Assembly: GCA_021809425.1 (NCBI GenBank)
Contig: JAKBAA010000017.1
Span: forward strand, 1 to 48,210
From: Actinomycetes bacterium
GTDB taxonomy: Bacteria > Actinomycetota > Acidimicrobiia > Acidimicrobiales > Bog-793
Length of the DNA stretch: 48,210 nucleotides
Direction of reading: 5' to 3'
This document shows positions 44,918-48,210 of the stretch, in pieces. A program made the position numbers and the translations under genes. Numbering within the stretch: position 1 is the stretch's first letter; every line of letters begins with the position of its first letter. The notes below the pieces were generated by a model that ran no database searches, had not been told where the DNA came from, and was given only the letters and a program-made list of their open reading frames with translations.

Positions 44918-44994
44918 CCGGCCCACCGTCGTGACGGCGGCCTGTGGTAGAACGCCGGAGGGGCGCTCGGGGGTGCCTCGGGGGGAGGTCGGCG

Positions 44995-46086
44995 GTGCTC
45001 GACATCGGGATCAACCTCGGCTTCGGCAACCTCCACCCGGAGCTGTCGGATGCCGAGATGTACGAGGGCGACGTCGGGGTCGGCCTGCTCGCCGACGAGC
45101 TCGGCTACGACGCCCTGTGGGTGGTCGAGCACCACTTCGACGACTACGCCATGTGCCCGGACAACCTGCTCATGCTGGCGCACTTCGCCGGTCGGACCCG
45201 GCGGATCAAGCTGGGGACGGCGGCCGTCATCGTCCCGTGGAACGACCCGCTGCGGGTGGCCGAGAAGGCCGTGATGGTCGACGTGCTGTCGGGCGGGCGG
45301 TTGCTGCTGGGCCTCGGGCGTGGGCTGTCCCGAAAGGAGTACGAGCCGTTCCGCATCCCCCTCGACGAGACCCGAGACCGCTTCGACGAGGCGGCGGCGA
45401 TGATCTTCGAGGCGCTCGAGACCGGCTCGATCGAGGGCGACGGTCCGTACTACCCCCAGCCGCGGGCCGAGCTTCGCCCGCGACCGCAGCGGTCGTTCGT
45501 CGGCCGGCGCTACTGCGTCGCCGGCTCGCCCGACTCGATCGTCGCCGCCGCACGGCTGCGGGCGCAGATGATGTCGTTCATCGTCCGCCCCGTCGCCGAC
45601 CTCGTCCCGACGTTCGTGCGCTACCGGGAGCTGTACGAGGCCGAGCACGCCGAGGTGGCACCGCCGGTGTCGCTGGCGGTCGGCATGTACTGCCACGAGG
45701 ACGACGAGCTGGCCAGGGAGCGCCAGGAGCAGTTCGTGCACCGGTTCTTCCTGTCCAACGTCGACCACTACGAGATGGCCGGCGAGCACTTCGCCTCGAC
45801 GCGTGGCTACGAGCGCTATGCCGAGAGCGCCGCGCTGCTGCGCGAGGTCGGGCTCGAGAAGGCGGCAAAGGACTACGCCGCGACGACGCTGTGGGGCAAT
45901 CCCGAGCGGATCCTCGGGCAGATCGAGACGATCCGGGACGTCGTCGGCGACTTCGAGCTGTCGCTGACGGTGGCCTTCGGCGGCATGCCCTACGACCAGG
46001 CGCGCCAGAGCCTCGAGCTGTTCGCCCGCGAGGTGCTCCCCCAGGCGAGGGGTCTGCGGGTGGCCCGGACGGCCGTCGGCGCCTAG
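44995..46086 (+). CDS. LLM-class (luciferase-like) flavin-dependent oxidoreductase
   Basis: TIM-barrel LLM motifs (LGYDALWVVEHHF, GTAAVIVPWNDPLRVAEKAVMVDVLSGGRLLLGLGRG). GGGGGAGG Shine-Dalgarno before GTG 44995. Confidence 0.85.
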   Translation: MLDIGINLGFGNLHPELSDAEMYEGDVGVGLLADELGYDALWVVEHHFDDYAMCPDNLLMLAHFAGRTRRIKLGTAAVIVPWNDPLRVAEKAVMVDVLSGGRLLLGLGRGLSRKEYEPFRIPLDETRDRFDEAAAMIFEALETGSIEGDGPYYPQPRAELRPRPQRSFVGRRYCVAGSPDSIVAAARLRAQMMSFIVRPVADLVPTFVRYRELYEAEHAEVAPPVSLAVGMYCHEDDELARERQEQFVHRFFLSNVDHYEMAGEHFASTRGYERYAESAALLREVGLEKAAKDYAATTLWGNPERILGQIETIRDVVGDFELSLTVAFGGMPYDQARQSLELFAREVLPQARGLRVARTAVGA

Positions 46087-47867
46087 GCCCCGCCGACCCC
46101 GCCGCGCGCTGTCGGCCCGACGCGGGCGGTGGTCGCCCGCGCCGCGAGGGCCGTGCGGAGCAGCTGGGTGGCGAGGAGGGCGCCGATCCCCTCGCCGGCG
46201 CGCAGGCGCAGGTCCAGGAGCGGCTCGAGGCCGAGCGCCTCGAGCACGGGCTCGTGGCCGCGCTCGCGGCTGCGCTGGCCGGCGACCAGGTGGTCGGCCA
46301 CGGCCGGCTCGAGCCGGTGGGCGCACAGGGCGGCCACCGAGGTGACGAAGCCGTCGAGGACCACCGCCCGCCCCGCCGCCGCAGCACCGAGCACGACGCC
46401 GGTGAGCACAGCCAGCTCCGGGCCGCCGAGCGCAGCGAGGGCGGCGAGCGGCTCGAGGGGCCCGGTGCCGACCGCGGCGGCGCGGACGCGGGCGAGCGCG
46501 GCGGCGACGGCCGACTCCTTGGCGGCGAGCGTGCCGGCGTCGCCCCCGACACCGAGGCCGGTCGTGGCTGTCGCCGGAACGTCGAGCAGGCCGGCGGCGA
46601 GGGCGGCGGCCACCGTGGTGTTGCCGATGCCGGCCTCGCCGAGCAGCACGAGCGGGTGGGAGAGGCCGGCGGCGAGCGCACGTCCGGCCTCGACAAGTCG
46701 CGTGACGTCGGCCCGGTCGAGGGCGTCGCCGGTGACAAGGTCGCCCCTGGCGTGGGTCGGCCGGAGCGCGAGCGCCCGCTCCACCGGCGGACCGTCGACG
46801 CCGGCGTCGACGGCCACGACGTCCGCCGCCACCGCCCGGGCGAAGGCGGCGCCGAAGGAGACGCCGTCGGCCGTCGCGGCGAGGATCTGCCGGGTCACCG
46901 ATCCCGGGTAGGTCGAGACGCCGTGACGGGTGACCGGGTGGTCGGCCGCGGCGAGCACGAGCACGGCCGCCGCCGGCACGGTGACCCCGAGCGCCGTGAG
47001 GCGCTGGAGCGCCCCGTCGAGCCCGCCGAGCGACCCGGGGGACGTGAGCAGCGTGTCGGCGGCGTCCCGTGCGGCGACCACGGCGGCGGGGGCGGGGGCG
47101 CGAAGGCGCGAGACCGGGGGTGCCGCCGCATGGTCGCTCCAGCGCTCGTACAGCACGACGTCCTCGAGCGGGAGGCGGCGGGACCAGCCGGCCGACTCGA
47201 GGCCGGGCGCCGGCGGGCGCTCGTCGGGCCAGCCGATGCACAGCCAGCCGAGCGGCTCGACCCCCTCCGGCGCGCCGACGAGCCCGGCCAGCTCGTCCGG
47301 AGGGAAGAGGGTCACCCAGCCCACCCCGAGGCCCTCGGCGCGGGCGGCCAGCCAGAGGTTCTCGATGGCGCAGGCGCACGACCACAGGTCGGCGTCGGGG
47401 AACGTGGCCCGGCCGAGCACCCCGGCCGCCGGTGCTCGCCGGTCGCAGCACACGACGATGCCGAGCGGCGCCTCCCGGATGCCGTGGAGCTGCAGGTCGA
47501 GAAGGTGCCGGCGGGCGTCCTCGGCGAGCTGGGACGCCTGGGCCAGCCGCTGCCGCTCGGCCATCGCGGCGGCGCGCTCGCGCGTCGCCGGCGCAGCGAC
47601 CAGGACGAAGCGCCACGGCTGGCTGTGGCCGACCGACGGCGCAGCGTGCGCGGCGGCGAGCACCCGCTGGACCGAGGACGGGTCGAGCGGGTCCGGCCGG
47701 AACCGGCGCACGTCCCGGCGTGCCGCCACGATCCGCTGCAGCGCGTCTCGGTCCTCGGCCGGGAAGCGCCACCCGGCCGGGTCGCCGGCGCGGGCTGCGG
47801 CGGTGGACGTGTCGCCGACGAGCGGCACCGGCCGTGGCCAGACCGGGCTCACCGGCCCACCGGGCAC
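46083..47867 (-). CDS. bluB-cobT: Fused BluB-like 5,6-dimethylbenzimidazole synthase (nitroreductase fold) and CobT nicotinate-nucleotide:DMB phosphoribosyltransferase
   Basis: N-terminal BluB/nitroreductase hallmarks (RRDVRRFRPDP...AAHAAPSVGHSQPWRFVLV, ENLWLAARAEGLGVGWV). C-terminal CobT hallmarks (GEAGIGNTTVAAALAA, GVGGDAG, VLDGFVTSVAAL). 594 aa. Confidence 0.85.
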   Translation of the reverse strand: MPGGPVSPVWPRPVPLVGDTSTAAARAGDPAGWRFPAEDRDALQRIVAARRDVRRFRPDPLDPSSVQRVLAAAHAAPSVGHSQPWRFVLVAAPATRERAAAMAERQRLAQASQLAEDARRHLLDLQLHGIREAPLGIVVCCDRRAPAAGVLGRATFPDADLWSCACAIENLWLAARAEGLGVGWVTLFPPDELAGLVGAPEGVEPLGWLCIGWPDERPPAPGLESAGWSRRLPLEDVVLYERWSDHAAAPPVSRLRAPAPAAVVAARDAADTLLTSPGSLGGLDGALQRLTALGVTVPAAAVLVLAAADHPVTRHGVSTYPGSVTRQILAATADGVSFGAAFARAVAADVVAVDAGVDGPPVERALALRPTHARGDLVTGDALDRADVTRLVEAGRALAAGLSHPLVLLGEAGIGNTTVAAALAAGLLDVPATATTGLGVGGDAGTLAAKESAVAAALARVRAAAVGTGPLEPLAALAALGGPELAVLTGVVLGAAAAGRAVVLDGFVTSVAALCAHRLEPAVADHLVAGQRSRERGHEPVLEALGLEPLLDLRLRAGEGIGALLATQLLRTALAARATTARVGPTARGGVGGA

Positions 47868-48210
47868 GGGCGGCGCCGGGCGCGCCGGTCGCGGCGGATG
47901 CGCCGGACGCGGCGGCGCCCGGCGACGAGGAGCCCCACGGCCTCGCAGGCGACCCCGGCGGCGCCGAGCACGTCGCCGGTGTAGCCCCCGAGGCGTCGCT
48001 CGGCCGCACCCAGGACGACCAGCGCGGCGGCGCTTCCGGCGGCGACTGCCTCGACGGCGCGCCGCCCGCCACCGGCGCCCGCCACGAGGAGCGCACCGGC
48101 GATCCCGGCGGTCACGGCGGCCGGCACCGGGTCGGCCGGCACCGGGTCGGCGGCCGGTGCCGGGGAGGCCAGGAAGGCAGTGACGAGCCCACCGGGCCGG
48201 GCATAGGCCA
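47849..48210 (-). CDS. cobS: Adenosylcobinamide-GDP ribazoletransferase (cobalamin synthase) CobS, 3' portion; the gene continues beyond the window end
   Basis: C-terminal CobS motif RRLGGYTGDVLGAAGVACEAVGLLVAG. The frame is open to the window edge. Overlaps the bluB-cobT start by ~19 nt. Contains a 17-nt direct repeat (CCGGCACCGGGTCGGC x2, ADPVPADPVP). Confidence 0.65.
   Translation of the reverse strand, partial: AYARPGGLVTAFLASPAPAADPVPADPVPAAVTAGIAGALLVAGAGGGRRAVEAVAAGSAAALVVLGAAERRLGGYTGDVLGAAGVACEAVGLLVAGRRRVRRIRRDRRARRRPCPVGR

Noticed and set aside
43005-47984. 1659-aa plus-strand ORF and the overlapping 1609-aa minus-strand ORF (43267..48096)
   Set aside because: Run across four real genes on mixed strands. 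Translation is R/G/A/P low complexity throughout. An artefact of about 75% GC.

Overview
This is a very high-GC (about 72–75%) actinobacterial-type chromosomal segment, densely packed with genes. No rRNA, tRNA, CRISPR array or recognisable mobile-element gene was seen, and no single unmistakable novel system stands out. The best candidates are the orphan radical SAM pair and the triple arylsulfotransferase island, alongside two decayed ABC-transporter loci and an unusual intergenic tandem-repeat array.

Genes supported by protein-level motifs, in window order:
- **1–4.7 kb:** an intact sugar ABC importer operon on the minus strand (binding protein, double-domain ATPase, permease).
- **5.0–5.7 kb:** a mirror-image, heavily deleted relic of a paralogous sugar ABC operon on the plus strand, followed by a CDP-alcohol phosphatidyltransferase.
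- **6.6–9.7 kb:** a DEAD-box helicase, NudC and a YaaA-family protein.
- **9.9–12.5 kb:** a two-domain FKBP isomerase preceded by an orphan FKBP C-terminal fragment, then glutamate decarboxylase.
- **12.6–18.5 kb:** an O-methyltransferase followed by three Tat-signal arylsulfotransferase (ASST) paralogs.
- **18.6–20.8 kb:** an XRE-cupin regulator divergent from a flavoprotein-disulfide-reductase / TPMT-like methyltransferase fusion.
- **20.8–25.3 kb:** a five-gene module of DUF4129 protein, membrane protein, MoxR ATPase, DUF58 protein and membrane protein.
- **25.3–30.6 kb:** a scrambled ABC-2 exporter locus (one full permease, one intact ATPase, a permease C-terminal fragment and an ATPase-start/permease-end chimera) interrupted by an endonuclease/exonuclease/phosphatase gene, then an ArsR regulator.
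- **30.7–34.7 kb:** an operonic pair of a B12-binding radical SAM enzyme and a radical SAM/SPASM enzyme, divergent from an EamA exporter.
- **34.8–39.7 kb:** a D-2-hydroxyacid dehydrogenase, then an aminotransferase class V gene upstream of an FdhF/YdeP molybdoenzyme.
- **40.1–43.1 kb:** a mini NfeD OB-fold protein with a flotillin, an Smr protein and a YghZ-type aldo-keto reductase.
- **43.3–48.2 kb:** a secreted beta-propeller protein, an 11-nt tandem-repeat array, a luciferase-like oxidoreductase, and a BluB-CobT fusion with partial cobS.

Many long ORFs in the six-frame track (up to about 1,660 aa, arginine-, glycine- and proline-rich) are antisense or wobble-matched artefacts of high GC and were rejected.

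All coordinates are derived from the ORF track by amino-acid offset; start codons are best guesses and may be off by a few codons. Where my nucleotide count from the sequence lines disagreed with the track by 1 nt, the track was used.
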